From: Octopus sinensis
Lineage: Eukaryota
Direction of reading: 5' to 3'
Length of the DNA stretch: 64,000 nucleotides
Assembly: GCF_006345805.1 (NCBI RefSeq)
Contig: NC_043001.1
Span: 97,960,001 to 98,024,000 of the forward strand
In this document: one piece after another, positions 11,881 through 22,771 of the stretch
Layout: each line of letters begins with the position of its first letter
How positions within the stretch are numbered: position 1 is the first letter of the stretch
Program-made: the position numbers and the translations under genes
The notes under the pieces: model-generated
The model's input: only the letters and a program-made list of their open reading frames with translations
What the model was told of the DNA's origin: nothing
The model's database searches: none

Positions 11881-12005
11881 TTAATAACAACAACAAAAAC
11901 AATAACAACAAATTATTTATTTATATGTATATCTCTTTGCTTTTATATATAGTGTGCATTTTTTGGAAACCTGTTTCTATTACACACACATAACACACAC
12001 ACACA

Positions 12006-12081
<76 letters not shown>

Positions 12082-12089
12082 AGATAAAT

Positions 12090-12555
12090 AAAAATATATG
12101 CATACATACAACATATATGTACGTACCTACATCTACATGTATATATACATGCATATATAAATAATTATACGGGAGTACAGGACATCACAATAAGACGTAG
12201 AAACGGAAAAAGCCAAAAAACAAAAAACAAGAAAACGGAAAACGAAGAACAAGAAAACGAAAAACAAATACAGGACGAGCTACACAAGGACAAAACCCCC
12301 GTCATCAGCTGTCGCTAGAGGAGTCAGGCATGTTTCGAAGGCATAACAGAACACTAATCCAATAGGCCTTCCTGCGAGAGAATTAAAATAAAATTCCAAG
12401 CAGCGGGGCAAAATGAGTACGAACACAAACAAGACGTAACAATAAGACTGCAAAATTAAAATACATGTACAAAAACAAACACAAGAGGACGAACAAAAAA
12501 GCCTTTTTTCTGGCATAGACGAACGATAAAACTGCAAAAATAAAAATACATGTAC
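12090..12555 (-). mobile_element. (TA)n-flanked non-coding repeat (putative Penelope-like terminal repeat); homologous to 19290-19915
   Basis: Reverse-complement similarity to 19600-19910 (gagtacaggaca...gacgtagaa; ccttcgaaaca...gacagctgatga...ccttgtgtag). Penelope assignment is inference. Confidence 0.6.
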
Positions 12556-12795
12556 AATATATATATATATATATATCTATATATATATATATATAATGGT
12601 CAAAACCTTTCACACATGAACTTAGTTTGGTTTGAAAACCCCACTAGAATGGGAAAAAGCGCTAATACATGATCTAAGTTATATGATGTATAAAAAATGT
12701 AATATACAAATAAATATCTGTAGATATAAACCATCCGATTTTCTGAGTACCTCATTTCTTCGAATATAAAATACATGTACATCATCTCCAAACCT

Positions 12796-12826
<31 letters not shown>

Positions 12827-12834
12827 GGCTACTC

Positions 12835-12873
12835 CAGACTGATGACGAGCAAAGACTCAGAAACTATTCTCTG
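12835..12873 (+). ncRNA. Degenerate minimal type I hammerhead motif
   Basis: CAGA-CUGAUGA-C-GAG(CAAAGA)CUC-A-GAAA-CUAUUC^UCUG; C.A mismatch at the base of stem II and ACUAUU instead of palindromic ACUAGU. Confidence 0.55.
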
Positions 12874-13133
12874 AGATGCAGGCTTAGCTGGGTGCAGGTG
12901 CTTGTCCCCCCCCCTGTAAACATAACGACACGTGAAATGTGTCAAGGCCGACAGGAAGCATTGATGCATTTTAGGGCTAAATAGCAGTGGTGTGAGTCCC
13001 TTCATGGGACTGTCACATTAAGTTGACAGTATACAACTACTATATATATATATATTGATAAAAACGGTAAGACAACAAAAGAAAGAAAGAGACCTTGATA
13101 TTATGTAAATAGAGGAATTTATCTGTAAATGTA

Positions 13134-13329
13134 ATATATGACAATTATTCTGTGGTCATGATAAAACTCCGACCATCGGATGTCGGGGCGGAAAACCGCA
13201 TCGGCATCTCTTCAGTTATTGAGGCATATTTTGACTGCATCTATAAATGAAGAGATACCTTGTGCGGGTTTCCGCCCCGACATCTGAAACTCGAGGATTT
13301 ATCATGGCAACTAAATACTTGTCACATAT
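13134..13329. mobile_element. Decayed fold-back element with an HHR remnant in each arm
   Basis: gatgtcggggcggaaaaccgca/tgcgggtttccgccccgacatc, catgataaa/tttatcatg, atctcttca/tgaagagat and atatgacaa/ttgtcacat are reverse complements. Confidence 0.8.
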
Positions 13330-13330
13330 G

Positions 13331-13395
<65 letters not shown>

Positions 13396-13919
13396 TTACA
13401 CACAGGCAATGGCTGTGTCTGATTCTGTTATTTAAGCATATATGCGTTTTGCTTCTGTAAATTAATATCCAGATATGCATCAACTCTGCTGGGTAAATCT
13501 GTATATGCATATATGTATTAAATTACAAGTATTTATATAATTCTCTATTTCTCTATGAGACATTCAGTGTATTTTTACTTAGTGCGCAGACGTGCATAAG
13601 GGAAATAAGTGTGCATCTTGCTGAAGATAAAGAAAGCGGAAGAGTATATTTACAATCAATATAAAGTTCTTAGAATCGTAACTGTCTGGAATTAGCGAAG
13701 AATTATTATTGATATTTAGATTAGGACGAATTCATTTTTCGTTTCTTTTCCGCAAACTGATGCAAATCCTAGACCAACGAGACGAGGAAAGAAGGTTATT
13801 CGAAGTAAATTGATTACAGTAAATCACTTTTAAGCTGGCAAACTTATAAAGCAATTAAATATTGACTAAATAGTTGTGCTAGAAACATTCATGAGTACAT
13901 GCATGCACACATACATACA

Positions 13920-13941
13920 CACATATGTATATATGTATATG

Positions 13942-13972
<31 letters not shown>

Positions 13973-13978
13973 ATAATA

Positions 13979-14067
<89 letters not shown>

Positions 14068-14140
14068 GATAGATAGATAGATATAAATAGATAGATAGAT
14101 AGATACAGAGAGAGAGAGAAAGAGAAATGGAGAGAGAGAC
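13920..14140. repeat. (CT)n/(TA)n/(GATA)n/(GA)n microsatellites
   Basis: Directly visible. Confidence 0.95.
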
Positions 14141-14439
14141 GGTGACGTATATGTTTATGTAGGTATTAGGTTATACTTCCTTCTCTTTCTTATTCTGTTT
14201 CTCTCCCACTCTTACTCACTATGTCTCTCTCTCTCCGTCTCTCTGTGTAGGTATGAACCTATGGATATAGCTACACATATAGATATGCCTTGTACGCTTT
14301 ATGTATGTTTATGTGTGTGTGTGTGTGTGTTTTCTGTTGTGTATCGCATTGCTACCTTTGCATGCCGAAGAGCTGGCTGGTGTAAATTAAAATCCGTTCA
14401 ATAATATAAATAAATAAATAGATAGATAGACGAATAAAT

Positions 14440-14696
14440 GAAGAAAGAAAGAAAGAAAGAAAGAGAGGAAGAAAGGAAGGAAAGAAGAAGGAAGGGAAGA
14501 CATAAAGAAAGAAAGAAAAGAAGAAATAAAGAATGAAAGGAAGGAAGAAAGAAAGACAGAAAGAAAGAAAATTGGAATCATCGTATTAATGGTTTGAAAA
14601 GACTGGGATTTACTACAGAAGACGAATTCCTAAAGAAGAGAAGAAGAAGAAGAAGAAGAAGAAGAAGAAGAAGAAGAAGAATAATAATAATAATAA

Positions 14697-14728
<32 letters not shown>

Positions 14729-14809
14729 GAAGAAGAAGAAGAAGAAGAAGAAGAAGAAAAGGAAGAAGGAGAGGAGAAGAAGAAGAAGAAGAAGAAGAAG
14801 AAGAAGAAG

Positions 14810-14846
<37 letters not shown>

Positions 14847-14875
14847 CAGCAACAAAAAAAACAACAACAACAACA
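14440..14875. repeat. (GAAA)n tract and compound trinucleotide tract (GAA)n-(TAA)n-(GAA)n-(CAA)n
   Basis: Directly visible; source of poly-L/F/S/Y spurious ORFs. Confidence 0.95.
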
Positions 14876-15501
14876 TCGAAAAATATCTTCGGAGTGTGAG
14901 AACCGATGTTCGAAAATTCCCCAAGACGGCTGGAGTGTATATCAGCCGAAACGTTGTGTTAACAACAAAAAAGATGAGGGTTAGTAAAAATAAAAGTGAG
15001 ACAATATTATATTACATTACAATACAGATCTTATTTCACTTTTGACAAGTAATACCGAACCAGTGCCAATGATATTTTTTTTCACCGAAATGAAACAATA
15101 ATTACATGTTGACACTCACGGGGTCTGATATAACCTTGAAATATTTCATTTGATCGAGCCGTTTGAGAATGCTTAGGGAACAGACAGACATATAGAATAT
15201 CCATATATTTATATAAGAGAAGAAATGGAGCAACAATTAACAATTACATGTTGATCATTGTTATTGTATAGTCATACTTTAATTATAATTATAATTAACA
15301 TGTAGAGTTCTTTCAGTTTCCCATTTTGGGAGTAAACTTGCATTTATCTAGTTCCATGTAACTAACATCGTCAGAATGATTTGAGTTTTATCAGAGAAAA
15401 AGGAAAAAGGAAAAGGAAATGGAAAAAAAATTCGTTAAGTGTGTAGGCTTACGTTTTTGTGTCCCTTAAAGTTTGCATGTGCGTGTTTGTGTGTTTGTAT
15501 G

Positions 15502-15537
<36 letters not shown>

Positions 15538-15570
15538 TATGTCTATAATATATATATATATATATATGTC

Positions 15571-15604
<34 letters not shown>

Positions 15605-15660
15605 ATATATACTATATAAATATATATATTTAATATATATATATTATATATAAATATATA

Positions 15661-15692
<32 letters not shown>

Positions 15693-15699
15693 TTGTTTC

Positions 15700-15800
15700 T
15701 TGATTTGCCACACAGGGCTGCACACAGACGGGACAGATTACAAAGTAGAGCTTTTCCTTTTTGGGCAGAGAAAAAAAAAGAAGAAAGAAAAGGAAAAAAA
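15700..15800 (-). mobile_element. Terminus of a microsatellite-associated repeat; homologous to 28700-28895
   Basis: ccacacagggctgcacacagacgggacagattacaaagtagagcttttc is the reverse complement of gaaaagctctactttctaatctgtcctgtctgtgtacagccctgtgtgg, with a few mismatches. Confidence 0.7.
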
Positions 15801-16334
15801 TGTGTATGTGTGTGTATGTATGTGTGTATGTATATAAATATATATATATATATATATAGATGTGTATGTGTGTATGCATGCGTACCTCTATGTGTGTGAT
15901 AACGAATCTGTGTTCGTAGTACAAGCAGTAAAATAAAACAGCCAATAAAAATTGATTGCAATGATTAGCATCCGATAATAACGCACATTGACCTCAAATA
16001 TAGAGTTGAAAGGCAATCGTATATCTCATAGCTTATTTTCAAACAAATTATCAATATATTCTCATTGAATTAGAAATCTTGTTGACAAAGGCGCCGTGAA
16101 GTCTTTTTGCAGAGACATAAATTCATCGATTTGAAATTCAAATTTGTTTATTGCTAGTGCAGATGTTTATAACGTCATAGGAACGGATGAAATCTTTCCA
16201 CATGTATCGAACCCAGAAACAAGAATTCAAAAGTATAATGTATTACATATCTCTATTTTAACTTGCATCTATCTTTGTTTGAATAATTCATCAAAGCAGA
16301 CACGCATACTCATTGACACACACATACATGCAAA

Positions 16335-16347
16335 TAAATATATATAT

Positions 16348-16442
<95 letters not shown>

Positions 16443-16447
16443 ATATA
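16335..16447. repeat. (TA)n microsatellite
   Basis: Directly visible. Confidence 0.97.
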
Positions 16448-16627
16448 ATAATAAATATTAGGGAATAGATCCAAATTTACAGGGAAAAAAATCAGATTTA
16501 GGATTAAATCCAATTTTATAGTAAAATATTATATAATATTAATTCGAGACAAAACCACTATTTTGCAAAACAAACAAGGAAAGACTTAATCAATACATAA
16601 AAAAATTTTAATATAAGAAATAAACCG

Positions 16628-16670
16628 CCACTACAATCGTTTCATGTCTTCAATGACATTCGTCAGGTGG
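16628..16670 (-). ncRNA. Canonical minimal type I hammerhead ribozyme
   Basis: CCAC-CUGACGA-AUGUC(AUUGAA)GACAU-GAAA-CGAUUGUA^GUGG; intact core, 5-bp stem II, 4-bp stem I, self-complementary stem III ACGA/UUGU. Confidence 0.8.
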
Positions 16671-16723
16671 ATTTTCGATCTCCTAATCTGTTTTAATTCA
16701 AAACAGATTAGGAGATCGAAAAT

Positions 16724-16766
16724 CCACCTGACGAATGTCATTGAAGACATGAACCGATTGTAGTGG
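16724..16766 (+). ncRNA. Mirror-arm hammerhead copy with GAAA>GAAC core mutation
   Basis: CCAC-CUGACGA-AUGUC(AUUGAA)GACAU-GAAC-CGAUUGUA-GUGG. Confidence 0.65.
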
Positions 16767-16868
16767 CGGTTTATTTCTTTATATTAAAATTTTTTATGTA
16801 TTGATTAAGTCTTTCTTTGTTTGTTTTGCAAAAGAGTGGTTTTGTCTCGAATTAATATTATATATATA

Positions 16869-17404
16869 CTAGCAGTATTGCCCGGCGTTGCTCGGGTTTG
16901 TAAGGGAAATAACTATATAAGCATTTTTAGAGAGTTCTAGCAAAAAAATGCATTAAAAATGGAATAAAAAATTATGATAATTTTTTTTTTAAATCGTTCA
17001 CTCAGTGTCTTCAAGCCATGAAGTCGTTGTTCTAAAAGAACGCTGGTCTCCTTGACAACGCTTTACGACGTTGATTTCCTTATACTCCCTTCCTCACAGC
17101 TTCACGAGGGAGGGAAGAAGGGGAAGAAGCAAACACAGGTGCAGGTGTTTGACCATGGACGCCAACTCCGCCGCCATCGACACACGAAAAATTATGCATT
17201 AAAATGGAATAAAAAATGATGTTAAATTATTTTTAAAATCGTAGACTCATCGTAGACGCGCGCTAATACGCAGACGGGCTCGATATGAATCACGACTATA
17301 AGATACCCGAATTTGGTTAAACTGCACCGCAAAATGTGGGAGGAGTTAGGAATCTAAATCGAAGGGGACAGACACTCACACAACTACAGTTTTATATATA
17401 TAGA
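16869..17404 (-). mobile_element. Non-autonomous Helitron, complete (5' TC ... hairpin ... CTAG 3')
   Basis: Plus strand ta|ctagcagtattgcccggcgttgctcggg at the left and ttttatatatataga at the right; sits in (TA)n. Confidence 0.85.
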
Positions 17405-17415
17405 TATATATATAT

Positions 17416-17580
17416 GGGCCGCAGAAGTGGCTGTGTGGTAAGTAGCTTCCCTACTAACCATATGGTTCCAGGTTCAGTCCCACTGCGTGGCACCTTCGGC
17501 AAGTGTCTTCTACTATAGCCTCGGGCCGAATAGAGCCTTGTGAGTGGATTTGGTAGACGGGAACGGAAATAAGCCCGATG
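17416..17580 (+). mobile_element. 5' part of a tRNA-derived SINE, family C
   Basis: gtggctgtgtggtaagtagctt...ggttcagtcccactgcgtggcacc...gtgagtggatttggtagacgg; homologous to 40995-41385. Confidence 0.8.
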
Positions 17581-17588
17581 TATATATA

Positions 17589-18105
17589 TCTATATATATA
17601 AAACTGTAGTTGTGTGAGTGTCTGTCCCCTTCGATTTAGATTCCTAACTCCTCCCACATTTTGCGATGCAGTTTAACCAAATTCGGGTATCTTATAGTCG
17701 TGATTCATATCGAGCCCGTCTGGCTATTAGCGCGCGTCTACGATGAGTCTACGATTTTAAAAATAATTTAACATCATTTTTTATTCCATTTTAATGCATA
17801 ATTTTTCGTGTGTCGATGGCGGCGGAGTTGGCGTCCACGCTCAAACACCTGCACCTGTGTTTGCTTCTCCCCCTTCTTCCCTCCCTCGTGAAGCTGTGGG
17901 GAAGGAAGTTTAAGGAAATCACCGTCATAATGCGTTGTCAAGGAGACCAGCGTTCTTTTAGAACAACGACTTCATGGCTTGAAGACACCAAAACAGAAAT
18001 GGCTAAGAAAGACCGAATTGGCATCTATAAGGGAAGTAACTCTCTAAAAATGCTTATATAGTTATTTCCCTTACAAACCCGAGCAACGCCGGGCGATACT
18101 GCTAG
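17589..18105 (+). mobile_element. Non-autonomous Helitron, complete, inverted relative to 16869-17404
   Basis: Starts tctatatatataaaactgtagttgtg, ends cccgagcaacgccgggcgatactgctag|t; reverse complement of the left copy over most of its length. Confidence 0.85.
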
Positions 18106-18107
18106 TA

Positions 18108-18499
18108 TGTATATAAAAGTGAAGTTGTGTGTCTGTCTCTTACGATTTAGATTCCTAACTACTCCCACATTTTGCGGTGCAGTTTAACCAAAACCGGGTA
18201 TCTTATAGTCGTGATTCATATCGAGCCCTAATGGGTATTAGCGCGCGTCTACGATGAGTCTACGATTAAAAAAAAAAATTACCATCACTTTTTTCCATTT
18301 TAATGAATTTTTCGCTATTATATAAGGGAAGTAACTCTCTAAAAATGTCTACGATGAGTCAACGATTTAAAAAAAAATTTACCATCATTTTTTTCCATTT
18401 GTAATGCATTTTTTTGCTATTTTTTGGCTATAACTCTCTAAAAATGCTTATATAGTTATTTCCCTTATAAACCCGAGCAACGCCGGGCGATACTGCTAG
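18108..18499 (+). mobile_element. Related Helitron subfamily in head-to-tail tandem, with ~100-bp internal duplication
   Basis: Same 3' hairpin+CTAG; 5' tgtatataaaagtgaagttgtg; segment tctacgatgagtc...ttttccattt occurs twice (18248, 18348). Confidence 0.8.
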
Positions 18500-19289
18500 T
18501 ATATATATAACACGGTCTCTTATACATTTTCCGACTACCGAAATCACTGCCACTCATAAGGCATCGGTGGTCTCGCTGATAATATACCGAACACAGGGAA
18601 TGAAGCTGAAGCCATGTGCCTGCAACTTGTTATTTCACTCCTTCCCAATCATTTTTACATCTACGAATGTATGCTCCTATGAACGCGACTCCTTCTTTAA
18701 AAGGTTATAGATCTTGTAAATGGAATTTGATTACAGTCTGGATCTCGAGTTAAATAGGCAATGAACTACATATGTACCTCTAACAACAACTCTTTGTATG
18801 TACTTGCCTACCTCATTTTTCACTCAGTATGTAATTTTATATGCCGGTGTATGTGTGTGTCTGTGGAGTTTGTGTAGCTACAGTTCTCGCATCAGTTCGC
18901 TAGAGATCCTTTCTGGAACATTATGCTGATATCTGCTCTGCAACTATGATAGCAATGTACAGTGTTTTTATCCCGCTCTCTCCTGTAGTATATATCTCTA
19001 TAAATTCGAGCTGCGATATAACTTAGCATATGTAATGTTTTGACACTGATCTATCATATATGTCACACGCTTAGCACGCGGAGACACGCACACGCATGCA
19101 CACGCGCACACACATGCATGCACAAACACACGTATATAAAAGGAAACTTGTGTGCATGTGTTTGGTTTTCTATGTGTATCTCGAAATTTAAATCTTGTGA
19201 AGATATTAAAACACACATAACCACTTACGCACACGAATTCATAGGAAAATGAGACGATACGTTACCTTAATATATATATATATATATAT

Positions 19290-19915
19290 ATATATCACAG
19301 CCGCTTGTCCTCCTCTATCTCTCTCTCTCTCACTCCTCCTCATCTCTTTCACAGCCGGGCGAGTTGCTTCCTTTCGCCGCTGGTATTCTAACAGTGAACA
19401 CTGTTCTTCTAGCGCTCTTAGAATCTTTCCTCGTGTAGGCCAGCATTAAGGCCCTCATTGTCTGTTTTTTTGTTTGTTTTATTTCTTGTACCGAATTTTT
19501 CGTACTTGTAATTTTATTCTGTATTTTTATTTTTTGTATTTTTATTTTGTATCTTATTTTGTATCGTTTCTTTTGTCGCATGTTTAACTTTCCTTGTTTT
19601 TACCCCTCTGCGAAGTAATTTTATTTAATTCCTTCGCAGGAAGAATTAGTTCCACGAGTTGTGTTCTGTCCAACCTTCGAAACACGCTGGAGTTGAACTA
19701 GAGACAGCTGATGAAGGGGATTTTTCCTTGTGTAGTTTGTCTTGTACTTGTTCTTTTCGTTTAGGTCCGTTTCCACGTTCGTTTTTACGTTTTCGTTTCT
19801 CGTTGAGTTCTACGTCTATTCGTGGTGTCCTGTACTCACGTATATATACTTATATATGCATGTATATATACATGTAGATGTAGGTACGTACATATATGTA
19901 TGCATATATTTTATT
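19290..19915 (+). mobile_element. (TA)n-flanked non-coding repeat (putative Penelope-like terminal repeat)
   Basis: Pyrimidine-rich body; homologous to 12090-12555; contains ccttcgaaac...ctgatgaagg boxes. Confidence 0.6.
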
Positions 19916-19919
19916 AATT

Positions 19920-20067
<148 letters not shown>

Positions 20068-20365
20068 ACTTAAATGACTTTAGATCGTTAAGCTTGTTAT
20101 AGCATTTAATTAAACCCTGAGGAGAAAGGCTCCATTATGCACATAATCAGCTCCTAGTGTCATTAAGAGCAAAGGACAAAATACCTGGTTGAGTTCCTTA
20201 TGATTTCGAATGAAGAATGTTTATAAATTCAGTTGAAATGAATTTCAATTAATGATGCATTTTAATTACGTAACTATTAAATTGATTATGCTTATTCGTA
20301 ATAGAACAGGCGTTGAAAGTAATTGAGTTATGACATACCTCTGAAATTTGTCCTTTTGTACATTT

Positions 20366-20407
<42 letters not shown>

Positions 20408-20937
20408 ATCTATCTATCAATCTATCTATCTACCTGTCCATCTACAGAGATGTGTTTGCATAGGGCGGTTAAAATAGTATGACATATAACCAGTATTCAG
20501 AAATATTTGTGCATCGATTTATCACGAAAGAAATTTTAGAAGGGATCTCGCGTATCATGCTCAAAGCTTCCTTTCACTTGTCAATGCATTGAACTATCAG
20601 AGAGCAGATAAGGAAATGAAAACAGACTACACTGTAGATTCGGTAATAAATTATTATTATATTGCGTCATCTTACACATGTTTCGGCAAATGTTAGTTGT
20701 ATTACTAAGTGCACACTTCATTAGAAATTCACACAGTGCTTTGCATTGACTTATAGTTTCTGAGAGCAGTTGCGTAAACGGAAGCTGTATAGATGTCTGT
20801 CAAATAAATTCTTGCCAGTTAATCAAACATACAGTTTTGTCAAATTCTGTATCACGTTGATTGCATGAGTAGGTTACAGATTCCATGAGTAGGTTAAGAA
20901 TACCGCTGAATGCTCATCGTTAGAACAATAGAATATG

Positions 20938-21393
20938 GTTGATGCTGACAAGGTTGAAGTTTAGAATTTAATTTCATTGAAGTATTTGTCTTATGAAGAA
21001 AGACTGAAGACGCTCGACCTTTATTCTCTTAAAAAACGACGACGTCATGGTAATCTCATTCTCGCTCACAACATCATAAGCGGAAAATGTAACCTCTCGA
21101 AAGAGCTGTTCTTCACTTCTGCTCCAGAGCGTGGGCTGCGGGGTCACTCCGAAAAGCTCTATCTACGATGATTTCATCTCAATCGAAGGAGAGGAGCTTT
21201 CTCCGTCCGGGTTGCGGATCCGTGGAATAAGCTGTCCGGACGAGATAGTGAAGATGCCGACGACCGCTCGGTTCAAAGTCTCTCTTGACCAGAAATGGCC
21301 TGAACTCTTTGTATTACCACCTGTACATAACTCCCTGTGTCCTTACATGGCCTTGCTTTTTGCTTTTTTAGCCCATAAAAATTGAATTGAATT
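20938..21393 (+). mobile_element. 5'-truncated CR1-type LINE 3' end with (AATTG)n tail
   Basis: LSYEERLKTLDLYSLKKRRRHGNLIL...LRGHSEKLYLR*FHLNRRRGAFSVRVADPWNKL, then with frameshift DEIVKMPTTARFKVSLDQKW; tail aattgaattgaatt. Confidence 0.85.
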
Positions 21394-22771
21394 TATCATA
21401 TTCATCATTACATGTTTAAAATATTGACTTTCCAAATATTAGTAAGACTGGTGCCAGGGTGTAATTTATCTGCTTGGAAGAAAAAATAGACCTACGTCTC
21501 TCTTTATTTATCATGGTTTGTACGTAAGATCTCCAATTTGTTTCACATAACATCAGTTACAAAAGTCAGTTGTATGAACAGTCGTTTAAATGCATATGTG
21601 AAGCTACTTTGGACACTCTATCAATCAGAAATTACATCGAGTGACGTACATTGATTGAAAGTGCAGAGAAACTTGTTCACTCTATTTTCATTCGTTTTCT
21701 GTTAATTTATAGACACACTAAAATTTTCCTAAATTTTATTAATATTCCTATTTTAGCATTGTTAATGAAATCACTTACGTGTATCGATTTTCCCACTCAT
21801 ACGTACAGCGTTGATATGTTCGTGCACTCCTATGTAGTGTATCCATTTTCCGTGAAGATTTGAATTCAATTTTGATTTGTAATTCTGGTACTGTCACCCG
21901 TTTTGAATTGCGTTTATCAAGTATTCTGTCTGTATAGGAAGTAAGTAAACATTTTCTGACATGCTAAAGAAAGTGCCTTAAACCAGTGACTGCTTTCATT
22001 ATTGAATAATGCTTTCACGCCAGTTCCATTTGCATAAAAGCACAACGGTGTGTCCATTAGTGAGAAAATATAATATAAAGTCTCTATTAGTATAAAAACA
22101 CAAAGCAAAGTCCATTAGTATTTCAATATAAAAGTAGACGTGATCTAATTAAAATCCTTTGATTAAAATAAGGTTTTAGTCTGTAAAAGAAATCATTATA
22201 TGGAACACTGTTTCATTGTTACATTAGGAAAACATGTTAAGCAGTATTCTTAGTCCTCAATGTATTTACGTGATACATCATTACACACTATTATAACAGG
22301 GCAGGCAATTGCTCTTTGAAATTCCATTGGTATTTTGTATGTTTTGGGAAACAGCATTATCAAATAGAATCTTGGATTCTCGAGGCAAGACCCATTTCGA
22401 TTTACGTTTTTTGCTTAATAAATGTGATTCATTTTAAAAAATCTTTTTACCAAGTTCTGATATGTTTCGTAATGGCACATTATCAGTCTGAATTTAAAAG
22501 GATTCATAATTCCTATAGCTAAACTATCAAATTCGACATTTTTATACAGTTAATCATATCACTGAGTATATAATATTTGAAATATACGTATAAAAGAGCG
22601 TCACAGCTTGTTTATACTCACAATTATTACGAAAATAAACTGAAACAAATAAAATAAATACAAAACAGAAACCTACTTTGATTGTTCCACCCGTGACAAA
22701 CAAAAGCCCAATTTTCCGAAAATAGTTGAAATAATAATATTCAGATTCAAATTTTGTCACACGGCCAACAA

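Larger units (their letters stand above)
16531..16863. mobile_element. Near-perfect palindrome (164-bp arms, 5-nt loop aattc at 16695-16699) with an HHR in each arm
   Basis: Arms mirror about the centre with only a few mismatches and two compensating 1-bp indels in homopolymers. Confidence 0.95.

Noticed and set aside
12990-13015. Hairpin gtccc-ttcat-gggac resembling an HHR stem II
   Set aside because: Neither CUGANGA nor GAAA flanks it.
14920-14955. HHR-like cccaaga-c-ggctg(...)cagcc-gaaacgtt
   Set aside because: The core has two changes (CCCAAGA) and no stem I pairing; at most a very old remnant.
20678-20730. Minus-strand ctaatgaag...ccgaaacatgtgta
   Set aside because: The core is mutated and neither stem II nor stem I can be formed convincingly.
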